Of a stretch of 64,000 nucleotides of DNA, positions 43,501 through 63,833 are shown in pieces (the stretch's first letter is position 1; every line of letters begins with the position of its first letter). This stretch comes from Flaccisagitta enflata (lineage: Eukaryota), in the NCBI GenBank assembly GCA_965153355.1, contig OZ231126.1, positions 15,252,001 through 15,316,000 of the forward strand. Reading direction: 5' to 3'. The position numbers and the translations under genes were made by a program. A model generated the notes under the pieces. It did no database searches. It was given only the letters and a program-made list of their open reading frames with translations, and was not told the DNA's origin.

Positions 43501-46500
43501 GCCTAGATGCCATTTTGATACATCATATGTACTCAATTACTCTTACCAAATAACTCGATTCAGTAATCCATTCACCAATGCATCAATCAACGCCATTCAC
43601 TAAACAAGCAGATGTATACAAGCAGATGTATACAGGAATATCCGCACCTTTCTCAAGCGCCGCGATGACATGAGGCATATCGTCGCAAATGCAGACTTTC
43701 ATGACGTTTTCTTTTTGTTCAGCAGCGGCTTCTCCGAACAAAAACGCGGCCAAACGCTTGTAACAATGCTCTTGTTGAGAGACGTCAGTCTCCCAGTAAT
43801 AGACCGAGAAATGATTAGTTTCTGTTATGTAAAAATGCAAGGGTAAAGAAGGGGGAAGGTGTTTCGCTGATTATGAACTAAGTGAAGAAAGGTGGGCGCG
43901 GAAAGAATGCAAGGGGAACAGAAGATTAAGAAAGGAAGATGGACGTGAGAGAAAAAATCTGAACAGTATCTGGGTCCGCGACGGAGGGGGGTTAAAGATC
44001 ACCAATTCCATAAGATCGCTATGACCAAAAGATCGCTAACCCTGTAAGTTCCCTAAAACTATAAGTCTTTACATTTAAAGCCTCCATACAAAGTTTCATG
44101 CAAATCCGTTGAAAAATAGCAAAGTTATGCACATTTTTCACTCTTAGGCTAGTAGGGTGGTTGGGTGGTAGGCTGGTTTGGTTTAATAGTGTGCATATGT
44201 TGAGTTCTTCCATTTAGAGACCCCATGCCAAGTTTCAACCAAATTGGTTGAAAAATGTCCAATTTATGCAAGTTTTTCACTTTTAGGCCGGTAAGCTGGT
44301 TGGGTGGTAGGACGGTTTGGCCAGTTATCATGCTCAAACATAAATAAATCACATTCATGTGTTGAGTCCTTCCATTTAGAGACTCCATACTAAATTTTAA
44401 CCAAATTGGTTGAAAAATGCCAAAGTTATACGCATTTTTCACTTTTAGGCTGGTAGGCTGGTTGGGTGGTAGGCTGGTTTGACAGGATAAATAGTGTGCA
44501 TATGTTGAGTTCTTCCATTTAGAGACTCCATACCAAGTTTCAACCAAATCAGTTGAAAAATGACAAAGTTATGCAAGTTTTTCACTTTTAGGCGGGTTGG
44601 CTGGTTGGGTGGTAGGTCGGTTTGGCCGGTTAGCATGCTCAAATGCATATAAATCATATACATATGTTGAGGCCTTCCATTTAGAGACTCCATACCAAAT
44701 TTCAGCTAAATTGGTTGAAAAATGCCAAAGTTATGCACGTTTTTCACTTTTAGGCCGGTAGGCTGGTTGGGCCGGTTGGGTTGGTCGGATCACAAAAATC
44801 GGATAGGATGTAAAGCGCCTTACCCTAGTACAACTTCCCACCAAATATGAACCAAATCGGTCAAAGCATAAAAAAGTTATCCATTTTTTAAAATCCGGGA
44901 CGACGACGACAACGACGACAACGACAACGACAACGACGACGACACCCACCCGCCTTGAATTATAGTCCGCGTCGGAATGATATTCCGTCGCGGACTAAAA
45001 GATGGACAAGGGCTAATGTATTGCATTAGCAAAGTGAGACCGGGAGAGAATGAGTGGGAACCACATGAATAGATGAACAGAGAAAGGTAGATGGAGATGA
45101 AAACAAGTCATCCAAGGATTGCACATGGTCAGCGGTACCCGATGCCCACCTTGGAGTGATAATTGAAGAAGTGGAGTGAGAGCAGGGCAGCGGCCTCAAA
45201 GGCCTGATGTCCTGTAGGACACAGGGGTGAATTTCCATACGTCCTGAGAGGGCATATTTGAGGCTTCGGAGCAATTTTCCATAATATTCAATGGGAGTTT
45301 TGCATTTTTTCAATTTCTCATCAATCTGCCATGTTATTCAATGGGAATATCACATTTTTTTCATTTTTCATCATTTTCCAATGTTATTCAATGGGAAGTT
45401 TGCATTTTATCAATTTCCCATGTTATTCAATAGGGATTGAGGCTTGAGAAGCCTCGGGGGTAGGGGGGGACAGACGGAAGGATGGAGGGACGGATGGACT
45501 GACATATGGAAATTCGCGCCTGTGTCCTACAGGACATCGGCCCTTTGGGGCCGCTGCCCAAAAAAGAATAATGAAGGAGTGAAATGGAGGAAAGGACGAG
45601 GTAAAGAAATCAGCTCACCGATTTTCATTTCTCCGTGTCCAAACTTCCTTTCATTGATTTGATCGACGCTTCCATTGCCGTGTTGACAAAGGGCGGTGAG
45701 ACGAACTTCGTCCTCCATCTCTTTAGCCGGATACACGCAAATTGGAAGGATGATCGTCACCGGAACTTTCCCTTCGAATTTCAAACCCGACGGACCGCAT
45801 TGCAAAACCGGAGACACCACCATGCCTGAAAATCGAGCAGCAGATGGCTTAGTTGAGAATTCATAGTCGATGATAAAGCAAAGACAGTCGGGAATGTAAT
45901 CTATTTCGAGTGACTGATCACCATCTAAGTCACGTGTACACTATCCAACAAATAAGGCGAACGACTTCATTGAGCTCGAGCAAAACAGATATATCTATAC
46001 AATATATGTATACATATATGTATTTGTGACGGATGAAGAAAGGGATTTAAAACTTATCTACACTTTCAGAACACAAACTTATTTACATAATCCTGAACCT
46101 TTCTGTCAGTACACCCACTTGCCTTTTTTTCTGCTCGTATTGGCATCCTCCTTTTGCGTTTTCACAGACTTGTAATCGAGGAACTGAAGCTTGATTCTCG
46201 TGTATTTCTTGATAGCTCCGGGAGGAATGTTGACCCGACATCCGTGATACTCGATGGAGGCGCCTCGCTCGCCCACGATCACAGTTTTAGGCGGCAGACG
46301 ATGACGACATTTATCGCAGGAAGTCGCGCTGGGGATGGAAGGGGATGCGGAGGTGGAGGATGTAGAGGTGTTGGAGTCGGAGGTTGAAGAGGTGTTGGAA
46401 TCGGAGGTTGAAGAGGCGGATGATGGTGACGATGAGGATGTCGGTGGAGTTGAAGATGTTGTCGAAGACGAGATTAAGCGACATGAACATTGTTCGTTTT

Positions 46501-47740
46501 GAGTTTTTGATGATTTATCCGGAGAAGTAGCCGACGATTCGGTCTGATAGACGGATGAAAATGGGTAAGAAGAGATAAATAATTCGATTCGTTTGGATCA
46601 GATAAAGCTGCGTCCAGATAACATCGGTTGACGGGCCAATAGGTCACCGAGGGAGCGTCTCACCTCGCTTTTTTCAGCGTTCTGATCGTCCCCTGCCGTC
46701 GAGAGATGCAGTTTTTTCCTTTCTGGGTCGTCCTCGTCATCTTCGGAGGGAATCAGGATTTTCCGTTTGTTGACGTCAGATTTGGCGACTTCATCGAGAG
46801 CCTCTTTCAGGGGATCTCTCGTCTCGGGCTCCTTTATCATAGAATGCATTGTCAATTACGAACAAGAGGTATAAACTGATGAGGACACGGGTAGGATGGT
46901 AAACAGGATGACAAAATCATTCACGGGCAGGATCAGAGATGCAGATTCCGCAAGCTGCCGCGTAGCAGAATTTTTCTCCCAAGAGCTGCCGCAGCTTTTA
47001 CTTACTTTTTATTCCTTAATTCTGTCTTCTGCTTTTTATCATGGTCTTTCTTTCTTTCTTTTATTCTTTCTTACTTTCTTTGCATTCGCTTTCACAAGTT
47101 TATGCTCCTTCCTGTCGTACTTTCATTTTTCTTGCCTTTCTTCTTTACCCCATTCATTGCTTCCCCCTCCATCTTCTACCGCATCTGCCGCACTTTGGGC
47201 CTTGCCTGCCGCGTAGCATTGCTACTCTGCTACCAAGAATCTGCATCTCTGGGCAGGATAACAGGCAGAATGGACAATCAATATGGTAGACAGAATAATG
47301 AGCAGGCAGGATAAACAGAAAGAGGAACAGACAGGATGATGGACTAACAGGATGACGAAGGCCATAAGACAGACAGAAGGGCAAAATGACAGACAGAAGG
47401 GCAGATTGACAGAGAGAAAGGTAGAATGACAGAGAGAAAGGTAGAATGACAGAGAGAAAGGTAGAATGACAGAGAGAAAGGTAGAATGACAGAGAGAAAG
47501 GTAGAATGACAGAGAGAAAGGAAGAAATTTAGAATGACAGAGAGAATGGAAGAATAGCAGGCAAAATTACAGAGACCGGACAAAAAAGTGGATGGCAGAC
47601 TTAAGCATCTGCTTGGCAGTGGACAGATAAAAATCTACAGCATGCTGCAACGCTAAGATAAAACTAAACTAAAGTTCTTTGAAAGATGAAAGCAAAACAC
47701 TTACCGCGGGGTCCCCCTCGTCTTTCTTCTTGTCCTCCAT
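36617..47740 (-). CDS. Cytosolic ZU5-UPA-death domain protein (UNC5CL/PIDD-like architecture), ~596 aa, 10 exons: 47740-47705, 46831-46664, 46543-46123, 45825-45619, 43821-43648, 38800-38616, 38474-38318, 38183-38073, 37496-37292, 36743-36617
   Basis: All junctions are phase-compatible (1791 nt total). ZU5 motifs IVGERGASIEYHGCRVNIPPGAI and SPVLQCGPSGLKF..PVTIILP, then TNHFS, a UPA-like segment (KVCICDD), and a death domain (LLYELSERIHEDRKKMALALGL...FELFQRWKQRFGVDANSEKLLASLKRVKRQDCVDFL). The first two exons are less certain. Confidence 0.8.
40393..40578. repeat. (CAA)n microsatellite
   Basis: Directly visible. Confidence 0.9.
40639..41082 (+). pseudogene. C-terminal DDE transposase remnant inside the foldback element
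   Basis: One frame with a single in-frame TGA (40840-40842): ...LQDFVTERSILFF...WDHIPEF..VYAIQTVNEPAERMCSIL. The V-N-[DE]-x-A-E-R motif is typical of the catalytic E region of cut-and-paste transposases. Confidence 0.6.
43952..45000 (-). mobile_element. HINE-like element, copy 2
   Basis: Direct copy of 35557-36570. Confidence 0.75.
45102..45564. mobile_element. Family A element (inverted relative of 10706-11255)
   Basis: acaagtcatccaaggat..ggtcagcggtacccgatgccc...ggggccgctgcccaaaa. Confidence 0.7.
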
Positions 47741-48044
47741 CAGCGTAGATTCGTCCTGATCACGTTATAGACACTTTGTTTTTGCCAGCCATTTTTGGCG
47801 AAAAGCATGAGAGCTTATCTCGAAACACGAGTCATCGCAACACCACTACTTTGAGACACAGCGGTCGATATACATAGCCACCGAAACTGAATTTCAACCC
47901 TTCACCTTGAAGAATTTATAGGGATTAAAAGTCTAAAATAAATGGATGAAAGTGATTGAAGTCACGTCGACGTAGCGAGGCGGGTTCGAGAGGATGCAGT
48001 CGCATCGTCGAGTACGGATGTTGGGGGTAATAATGGGGGAATAA

Positions 48045-48449
48045 TACAGAGGAAGGCGAATTATAAAATGTGAACCCCCTAAAACTGTAGCACCCCCCCT
48101 TACAGATCAAACTATACCAATAAATAGTTAGTGCTTGGTTTTAAATCATAGCTTAGGACTATACAAGTGGCGCCACCAGGGCGATTTTGAAATTTCCACT
48201 CCAGTTCAAAATTATAGTACAAAAACCTTATTTTTATGAATATTTAAAATTAGCTTATTTTAACATGTTTATTAGTTATATTTTGAGTTAAAGGTCAAAA
48301 TTTAAAAATCGCTCTGGTGGCGCCACTTCTATTGATACAAACATTCTTTCTTTGCCCTAAAAATCTCTGTAATATAATTGGTTAGAGCTGTAGGTGGGGG
48401 TGCTACAGTTTTTAGGGGGTTCACACCTTGTATTTAGCACTTCTCTGTA
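48045..48449. mobile_element. TA-flanked MITE
   Basis: TA|cagag..tgtgaaccccctaaaactgtagcacccc / ggggtgctacagtttttagggggttcaca..ctctg|TA; inner IR aagtggcgccacca/tggtggcgccactt. Confidence 0.75.
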
Positions 48450-48577
48450 CAAATAACGCGGACGGCGATTTCAATCAACATGAAATCTACGGGAAATATA
48501 ACTTTTCCATGCTGAATTTTTAGCATTCGAAAAAAAGTCAACGATTCCGTTCAAACAGGATGGGTTTTTGTTTTCAA

Positions 48578-56220
<7,643 letters not shown>

Positions 56221-56365
56221 GATGAAGCCCGAATCAGAAATTAACTGGTACAAGTTTTGAAAAATCTGTAAGAGGCGAAAACGTTTGGTTTAGACTTAGG
56301 ACAATTAGCCGGCAGTGAGAGAACATGGTTTACTGCAACAAAGATAATTAACGCGATCAGTTCGC

Positions 56366-56444
<79 letters not shown>

Positions 56445-56516
56445 CAGCTGATAGAGCCGCTGTCTTTATTTGGACAACATTACTTTACAACCAAGTCATG
56501 GTTACTGCAGGCCGTG

Positions 56517-56524
56517 TGACGTCA
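56517..56524. promoter_or_regulatory. Perfect CRE palindrome TGACGTCA ~300 bp upstream of the RBM17 start
   Basis: Motif match and position only. Confidence 0.3.
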
Positions 56525-56697
56525 TTCTGTCATGGTCGCTTGTGCTCACCCTGAGCTCTGCCCCCCCCCCTTACAAAACATTTTTACTGTCCTCTTCCTC
56601 CCACGCAATTCGTTCCTCTTGAAATGGTGCTCTTCTCCTTCATATTCGATAAAAGGGCTTAATCCTCTTTAGGATGTTTTCGCGGCGAAAATGAAGA

Positions 56698-56765
<68 letters not shown>

Positions 56766-57724
56766 ATTTCACCGGCTTTTTCGCTTTTTTTGTAATCCTT
56801 AATAACAATAGTTTTGTTTGGCTCTATTTTTTAACTTTTTGCATTATTACCATTAGGCCACAGCATCGCGATCGAATTGCAGGTTATATACTGATGCCGG
56901 GGTCATACTTTGATTACCCTTGATAGTGTCAATGATACTACTCTCTCCGACCAGGTTCGACAGGAGAAAAATATCTTTAAGCTAGGGAGCAAGTTCGTAC
57001 TGATTCAACGTCATCCGATCGCATTGCGCTCATCGCCGACTTCGGTGGGAAGAAAAAGCGTGATCGAACTGATTCAACGACGTATGCTGATCAACAGCTT
57101 TGACTTATCGCTTCCGATCCGACTTTGGATCAGGTAATGTTTCAGCACCACTTGCTCGCACAGTGACACTCGTCTCATCATTGAATCCATCAAACTGTCC
57201 GTCATGCATTTTTTCGTTGTTCGTCTAAGCAATCAAAGTTGTGAGGATTTTTAAAAGTAACTACCATCGTGCCCTAATGCCAAGGTGGTCCTCCTTGTGA
57301 CCTCCCCTGCCCACCCACCATTTGCCCGCACCACTTTGCGAATGCCGCGCATTTGCCAAATGGTTTGGCTATGAGAAAGCTATCCAATGTTCCTGATGAG
57401 AAAAATATGCAATATCGACACAAAGCGACTCTTTAAGAGACTGTGCTTTAACTCCTCTTGTCCGTTGTTCTGTCCATCTGACTGTTACATTTTTTGGGAT
57501 GACGGAAGTCGATCAGAATAATATTTTTAAAAGAGACCACTTTATAACAGACATGAGCCGAGATTTGCCAAAATTTTAAGAACAAATTAAGAGAATGCTC
57601 AGGCCGAGATTCAGTTTTTGAAAGTGTTAAGAATATGTTCTTGAGTATTTTGATAAAACAAATAACAATTAGTTAAATTTTTCAAAAATTGGCAGTTTTT
57701 CTGAACAAGACCACTACTTTTTTG

Positions 57725-58301
57725 GGCAAAGGTTTACAAAAGGACCACACTTTTTTTAGCGTCTGTAACCGAGTTTTTTTCGCCAAACAGTGTGCACTGG
57801 TACATATCTGAGATAAACTCAACAAATTCAACCATACCTACCCCTTCACCTAACCCCCCTACCCCTACACCCAACCCTACCCCTAAACACCCAACCCTAC
57901 CCCTAAACCCAACCCTACCCCTAAACCCAACCCTACCCCTAAACCCAACCCTACCCCTAAACCCAACCCTACCCCTAACTCCCCACCTTCCCCTACCCCT
58001 AATTCCCCCACAACCCCTCCTAACCCTAAACCCCCCGACCCCTAAACCCAACCCTAAACCCAACCCTACCCCTAAACCCAACCCTACCCCTAAACCCAAC
58101 CCTACCCCTAACTCCCCAACTTCCCCTACCCCATGACTACCCCCAACCAATCCCTAACCCTAAACCAACAATCTAATCAATATTTCGATGCGTGAGAGAT
58201 GAACGAGAATGAGTCAAATCATAGACGGCAGGAGCAAGCGGCGTCGAAAAGAAAAGACATTCCCTAGTTTTCTAAGTGTGGTCCTCTTTTTTGGTTTTGC
58301 C
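57725..58301 (-). mobile_element. Related TIR element carrying a CCCTAA-like array
   Basis: TIR ggcaaa..aggaccacactt / aagtgtggtcct..ttttgcc; internal blocks shared (inverted) with 55498-56053; array at 57830-58165. Confidence 0.7.
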
Positions 58302-58458
58302 TATCACATTAAGCAAAATGTTCCAAGTTAGATACAGATACATAAATCATTGTATTTTTAGCCTAATATCAAGATTACAACTAGTTCGATCCGAGTGACT
58401 GCCCAATCGATAGGTTATAGCTTTTAGAACCCTCCGATTACGCTATTTCCTTTTAACA

Positions 58459-59180
58459 TACACGCCGTATTTTTTATAAGAACAGTCTTTTGAAGTGAGG
58501 CTCAGCGTTTTCACTTAATTTTCAGGCTCAAAGGTTCTTAACCCATTTTTATTTTTGTCGCATTGAAGATTTTTTATTAAAGATGCTAGTTGTTCATTTT
58601 TAATGAAATGATTATATTCTATTCTCAATGCATACAAAATTTTGGATTTGCAAGTTATGAAACTAATAAAATATAAATGATAAAGGAATTGAATTGTTTA
58701 GGTAGGAGGATTCTGTACAACATTTTTGGGTACAGTTGAACAACCATCTGTCGATCTTTTGTTTTTTAAGACTTTTTAAGCGGTTTTTTAAATTAGGGTT
58801 AGGGGTGGGTTTAGGGTTAGGGTTAGGGTTGGGGATAGTTTTAGGGTTAAGGTTAGGGACAAGGTTAGCTTTAGGGCTAAGGGTTGGCTGGGTTTTATGT
58901 GTTACGACCCGAAGCTATTCGAATTAAATTCGCTCTGGCGGAGGATTCTGAAAGAAAAACAAAATCGTTCAGAGACTCAATCAGCAGCTCCCATTTTTGA
59001 TCGTTGATTGTTTTCTCTTTTTACAGATTGTTTCCAACAAAAATCATATAAATGTGTACTTTAAAACATAGTTATGTGGAATGCTGAGCCTGAGCGTGTT
59101 CTTAGGATGTTCTTAATTTTTCACCAAATCTAAGGCTGATGTTCTTATAGACAGTGTCCTTGGACAAAATACAGCGTGTA
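58459..59180. mobile_element. TA-flanked MITE containing a third TTAGGG-like tract (58792-58885)
   Basis: TA|cacgccgtatttt ... aaaatacagcgtg|TA. Confidence 0.6.
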
Positions 59181-60289
59181 GCTTTCATCAAAAACGGACG
59201 AAATCAAATGACGGCCCAACGGACTGGTGAAAAAAAAACTTGAATTTTAGGACAAATCCTTCAATCCGACCTCGGTAACTATAAACAGTCACCAAACGGC
59301 AAATGGCCAACCCGTACAAGTCAGAGAGTAATAGACTGTTTTGTTGTTGGAGATCGCAATCGAGGCTAACGTCAGTTTCTTTAACGGTGGTTGAGTTGCA
59401 GACCGACTTGCATCACGGAATTTATAGGCTTAGTTTCCGTTAAAGCAGCTACATTGTCGAACATTTTAAAACAACAATTAACTTTAAACTAAGTGGAAAG
59501 TTTCTGAGTTCCTTGTTATAAATTTCTGGGGAAAAAAGAGAGGATTGACGTTGCCAAAGTTCTTGTTCAATTTCTCTCAAAGTGCCTGACGAGCTAACGT
59601 TTCGCTGATTGGTTCGTGTTCGAGATCTTTTTCTCTCTGAGTGGCTTTGTGTCCGCTAAGTGCTCCATGGCTATCGTGACTCACCTCGCCGCCAGTGCGA
59701 TGGGCGAGCCAGCGCCAGTGTTGGTGGGGGTGTTTCGTGCGCAATGGTTTCCGCCGTACCTTCTTTCATTTCCCGGGGGATGTCTGAGAAATGACATTCG
59801 GTTATTGTGCCCGTTGATGGATTAATTGCCGGGGAATTTTTGTCATTTTCTTTCTCCGTAATAGCAGCGCAGAAGCAGGGTTTACCTCTGTGCTCTTGCA
59901 CTATGTATGCATCGTGTGCTCAGTTTGATTGCATGGCAGAAACGTTCGTTTGTCTTTTTGCAGAGTTGCATTATGTGGCCCATTATAGGCAAACTTCTTT
60001 GACATGGGATATTAATGGACATCGGACGTGAAACATTGGTTGGATCGATGATCGATCTCACTTAATCCTTGGGTTGCAAAGGTTTTTTTTAACTCAGCTT
60101 TCTTTGACGCCCCCTGCAATTTTATCCGGTTGAAATCTAAACAGGTCCAAACAACATGGAAATTATTGGCATTCATCTCTAGTCCTGACTCGGACGAATC
60201 GTTTTCACGCCGAAACTCTTCTTATACATCAAAGAGAACCACCTCGTTATTATCATTCGTTATTGGCGGCCCCGTGATTTCCATCCATC

Positions 60290-61113
60290 ATGTTTTCCTT
60301 CCTCAATCGCGTCCTCGACTGGTTCAAAAGTCTCTTTTGGAAAGAAGAGATGGAACTTACTCTGGTCGGTCTTCAATACTCTGGGAAAACAACCTTCGTT
60401 AACGTTATCGGTACGAATCGGTTGAGTGTGGTATAAAAGTGCTCTCATTTACTAGGTCTTGACTGTGCGTCATGAAAATATCATTCTTGAATTAAGTGTT
60501 GATGGGCTTTGGCGCATTCCTTGAGATGCATTGAAATCACATTTCTTAAACCATACAAAGTGGAAATTCCAAAAAGTGCGTTGAAGGTCTCCTGATGCCT
60601 TGACCTTGAACTTCCGCTTTCTGTAAGTTACGTACTCTTCTCCTCCCCCCCCCCTTCCTCTTTTATTCCGCAGCATCGGGTCAATTTAGCGAGGACATGA
60701 TCCCCACGGTTGGCTTCAACATGCGCAAAATCACCAAAGGCAACGTGACGATCAAGTTGTGGGACATCGGCGGTCAGCCGCGCTTCCGGTCTATGTGGGA
60801 GCGTTACTGCCGCGGCGTCAATTGCATCGTTTACATGGTGGACGCCGCCGATCACGAGAAGTTGGAGGCGTCTCGAAACGAACTGCAAAATTTGCTGGAC
60901 AAGCCTCAGCTGGCCGGGATTCCCGTGCTAGTGTTGGGCAATAAACGAGACCTTCCGGGGGCCTTGGACGAGAAGGAACTTATCGAGAAAATGAATTTGA
61001 GCGCCATTCAAGATCGCGAGATTTGCTGCTATTCCATTTCTTGCAAAGAGAAAGATAACATCGACATCACTCTTCAGTGGCTCATCGCGCACTCGAAAGG
61101 CGGCAGATCGTAA
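60290..61113 (+). CDS. ARL8: ADP-ribosylation factor-like protein 8, 186 aa; exons 60290-60410, 60674-61113
   Basis: [101 protein letters not shown]; phase-1 GT-AG intron. Confidence 0.97.
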
Positions 61114-61740
61114 TCGAGCTGTGTTTTATTTTCACCCCTTGAAGCTGAGTCGTTGATCAGTCTGTCCGCTTGTCCCTGGGCTCCGACTCAACCGTTGCTT
61201 TTCCGATCTCGCCCCTAAACGCCTGCTCGTATGGCCGTGTCCTTCCCACCATTTGCTGTGAAAAAACTATCCCCGTGATTGTCTGTCCCGCCCACAGTGA
61301 ATTTTGTGATGGCAAAGACCTTGCTTTATTTCGACCCGCTGACTAGGACCAAATTTTGAGATGTACGGTCTCAATCATAGAGTTTTACATGCATACACTT
61401 GAACGCGTCCACCATCGTTTGGAAGAGCGTATGATTTCAAACGCCTCATGGCCCCATTATGTTGTGCTATAACAAAAGTCACGTGCCCTCCGTTGCATTC
61501 CTGAGCAGTCAAGAAAACCCGCGCTTTCGGACCTGCTTCTCGGTTTTTTGAAGCTATCATTGAGAATTGGTGTATAGATTTCATGTATGTATTTATTTAT
61601 TTATATATCAATGTCACACGCCTAATAACAAAGAGCGATTTGCCCTCATTGAAGGTCTTTTCTGAATTTGTTGAACTGCGAACCGCGTTGTTGGAGGAAA
61701 TATTTGGAGACAATTGCATTGTCATTTGATTATGGGATTC

Positions 61741-62639
61741 ATGGCGCAAGAAGAGAACGCACCGGGGTCTTCCTTGATGGTTCTAGGGAATGAGTTGAGT
61801 AAAAACGTCGGCCAACGAGTAGCCATCATGGGCATCATCGAAAGCTACGATGATCAGCAGGTGGGTAAGGTTAACATCTGGCTGGTGCACTGTTAAATTT
61901 GTTTTCCGAGACCGACTGACTGGTACATTTCATTCACTCTGAAACAACTGAATCCGCCTTTTGATTTTCGTTTTGTTAGGTCTTGTATTTGTTTATTTGT
62001 TCGTCCTCTTGATCAATGATTTTCTCTTAATCGATCATATCCTCACTATCGATAATTGCCTCACTATCGATAAGTGCTTCACTATTGAGTGCTTGATTAT
62101 CGATGATTGCTTGATTATCGACGATTGCTTGACGCTTGACTCGTCCTCTTAAACATCCGATCCAATCCAATCTTGATCAATGATTTTCTCTTAATCGATC
62201 GTATCCTCACTATCGATGATTGCCTCACTATCGGTGATTGCATCACTATCGATGATGGCCTCACTGTCGATGATTGCCTCACTACCGATGATGGCCTCAT
62301 TATCGCCACTTTAGTTGTAATTTTATTCCTATCAGTGATTCCAAGGTCAAGTTGATTCCCTTTATCTTTCCACATCAGGCGCTGGTGCGAGTGAAGGTGG
62401 TGGGCGGAGGAGCGGTGGTGACCGCCTCTCTTCAGAATCCGATTGAATATCAGGTCAAAGACGGTTGTCCGGCGCTGATCGTCGGCCATCTGGATAACCC
62501 CAATCGGATCACCGACGCCGTTTGCGCCTCACCGCCCGCCGACGTCGAAGTCGAGACGCCTTTCAACGAGGACCTGTTCACGCGAGCAGTCCAGGCTTAT
62601 TCGCGGTTCCCTCAGATGTTCAAATCCTCGCCTCCATGA
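61741..62639 (+). CDS. RPA3: Replication protein A 14-kDa subunit (OB fold), ~126 aa; exons 61741-61860, 62379-62639 (alternative ATG at 61732)
   Basis: LSKNVGQRVAIMGII and C-terminal PFNEDLFTRAVQAYSRFPQMF resemble RPA3 ([21 protein letters not shown]); phase-0 intron; AATAAA just after the stop. Confidence 0.75.
62010..62305. repeat. 18-bp minisatellite (cctcactatcgatgattg) in two blocks within the RPA3 intron
   Basis: Directly visible. Confidence 0.85.
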
Positions 62640-63253
62640 AAGTGTTAAAAAAATAAAACTTGTGGAAGATGAAAGCGTTTTGATGATAAACAAGGATTGG
62701 ATCTGCTAGCATTCCGGCCATTCCAAGAATGGAAACCTTGTATGAGCTGTCTGTCAATTTATTTTATCCTCTAGCTATCGACAAGCATGCGACCTGGAGG
62801 AGATACAATTTCGTTTTGTTGCTTATTGTTTCTTTATATGGAATATTATCATACTCTCGTATTCGTATTGACCCTATGTTGAAAATTTCTTCTCATCCGA
62901 AGTTGTTTACTTTTACAGCACAAATGATCCAAGGGCAGCTTAGATGCCACGACTGACTTGTTAAATTTGGTCGTTTGTAACTTTTGGATCGAATGTAAAA
63001 CTTTAGGAGGCACTGATGTTGACGTGACAATTTTTCGCGCGGTATCTCTTTCTATTACCATCGAGGGGCGCAGTTCTGTAGTTCATGGCTCCACCCGTCG
63101 GGTTTCCATCAATAACAGGTGCATTTTACATCACTCAGGCTTTATGAGATGAGTTGTTGCTGCTATCGTTGTTGTTGTTGTTGTTGTTGTTGTTGAACCA
63201 ATATGGAATTGTTAGAGAGATATGAACTCGATTCTTGTTCCTTAGGTTCTCCC

Positions 63254-63833
63254 ATGCCGGATCACAAAGAGACGTTGGTTGGCGCGGAGGCAATCTGCGC
63301 CTCGGATGATGACGATTCAGACGATGTCGGGGATCAACACAAGACCGATGATCTCGACGAAAATGGAGCGGCAAAGGTGAAATCAATTTCGTTACCCTTT
63401 AAAATAGATCTTATAATAACAGCGGAGCTTTCTCGGCTTAGGTTGTCAGGATACCTAAAAGTTATGAATGTTTAATGAATGTTGGCAATCGTTTTTGAAC
63501 TTTGACTCGATTCAGTGCGATTACTACGCGGGGAACTTGTCCAAATGGACCAACTATCTTCACGGGTGGCAAGACAGATACATTGTCCTTCGCGACGGCA
63601 CACTCAGCTACTACAAAAGGTTTGATTATATTATCGAATTATCTGATTCATCTTTCACAGTATCATATGCAGCGAATAGCCGAATACTCAGATTCATGAC
63701 TTGACTTTATTATCGATAGTGAACACGAAACGGCTTACGGGTGTCGAGGTGCTATCAGTCTCGCGGGCGTCAACATCCGTCCTCACGAATTCGACGAATG
63801 CCGATTCGACATCACCGTCAATGACTCTGTCTG
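63254..63833 (+). CDS. CERT1: Ceramide transfer protein, 5' part (PH domain); exons 63254-63376, 63516-63619, 63720-63833; continues beyond the window
   Basis: [62 protein letters not shown] matches the CERT PH domain; phases consistent. Confidence 0.9.

Larger units (their letters stand above)
38852..43522. mobile_element. Foldback-type DNA transposon with ~1.5-kb TIRs containing ~365-bp tandem subrepeats, in intron 5 of the ZU5-DD gene
   Basis: tgtatcaaaatggcctctaggcttcagatcgtctgtgccgcgg / rc at 43480-43522; mirror ORFs 39061-39264 (+) and 43110-43313 (-) are identical; subrepeat starts at ~39240, 39606, 39973, 40328. Confidence 0.9.

Noticed and set aside
56677-56691. E2F-like palindrome ttttcgcggcgaaaa
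   Set aside because: Short motif match only; it cannot be supported from sequence alone.
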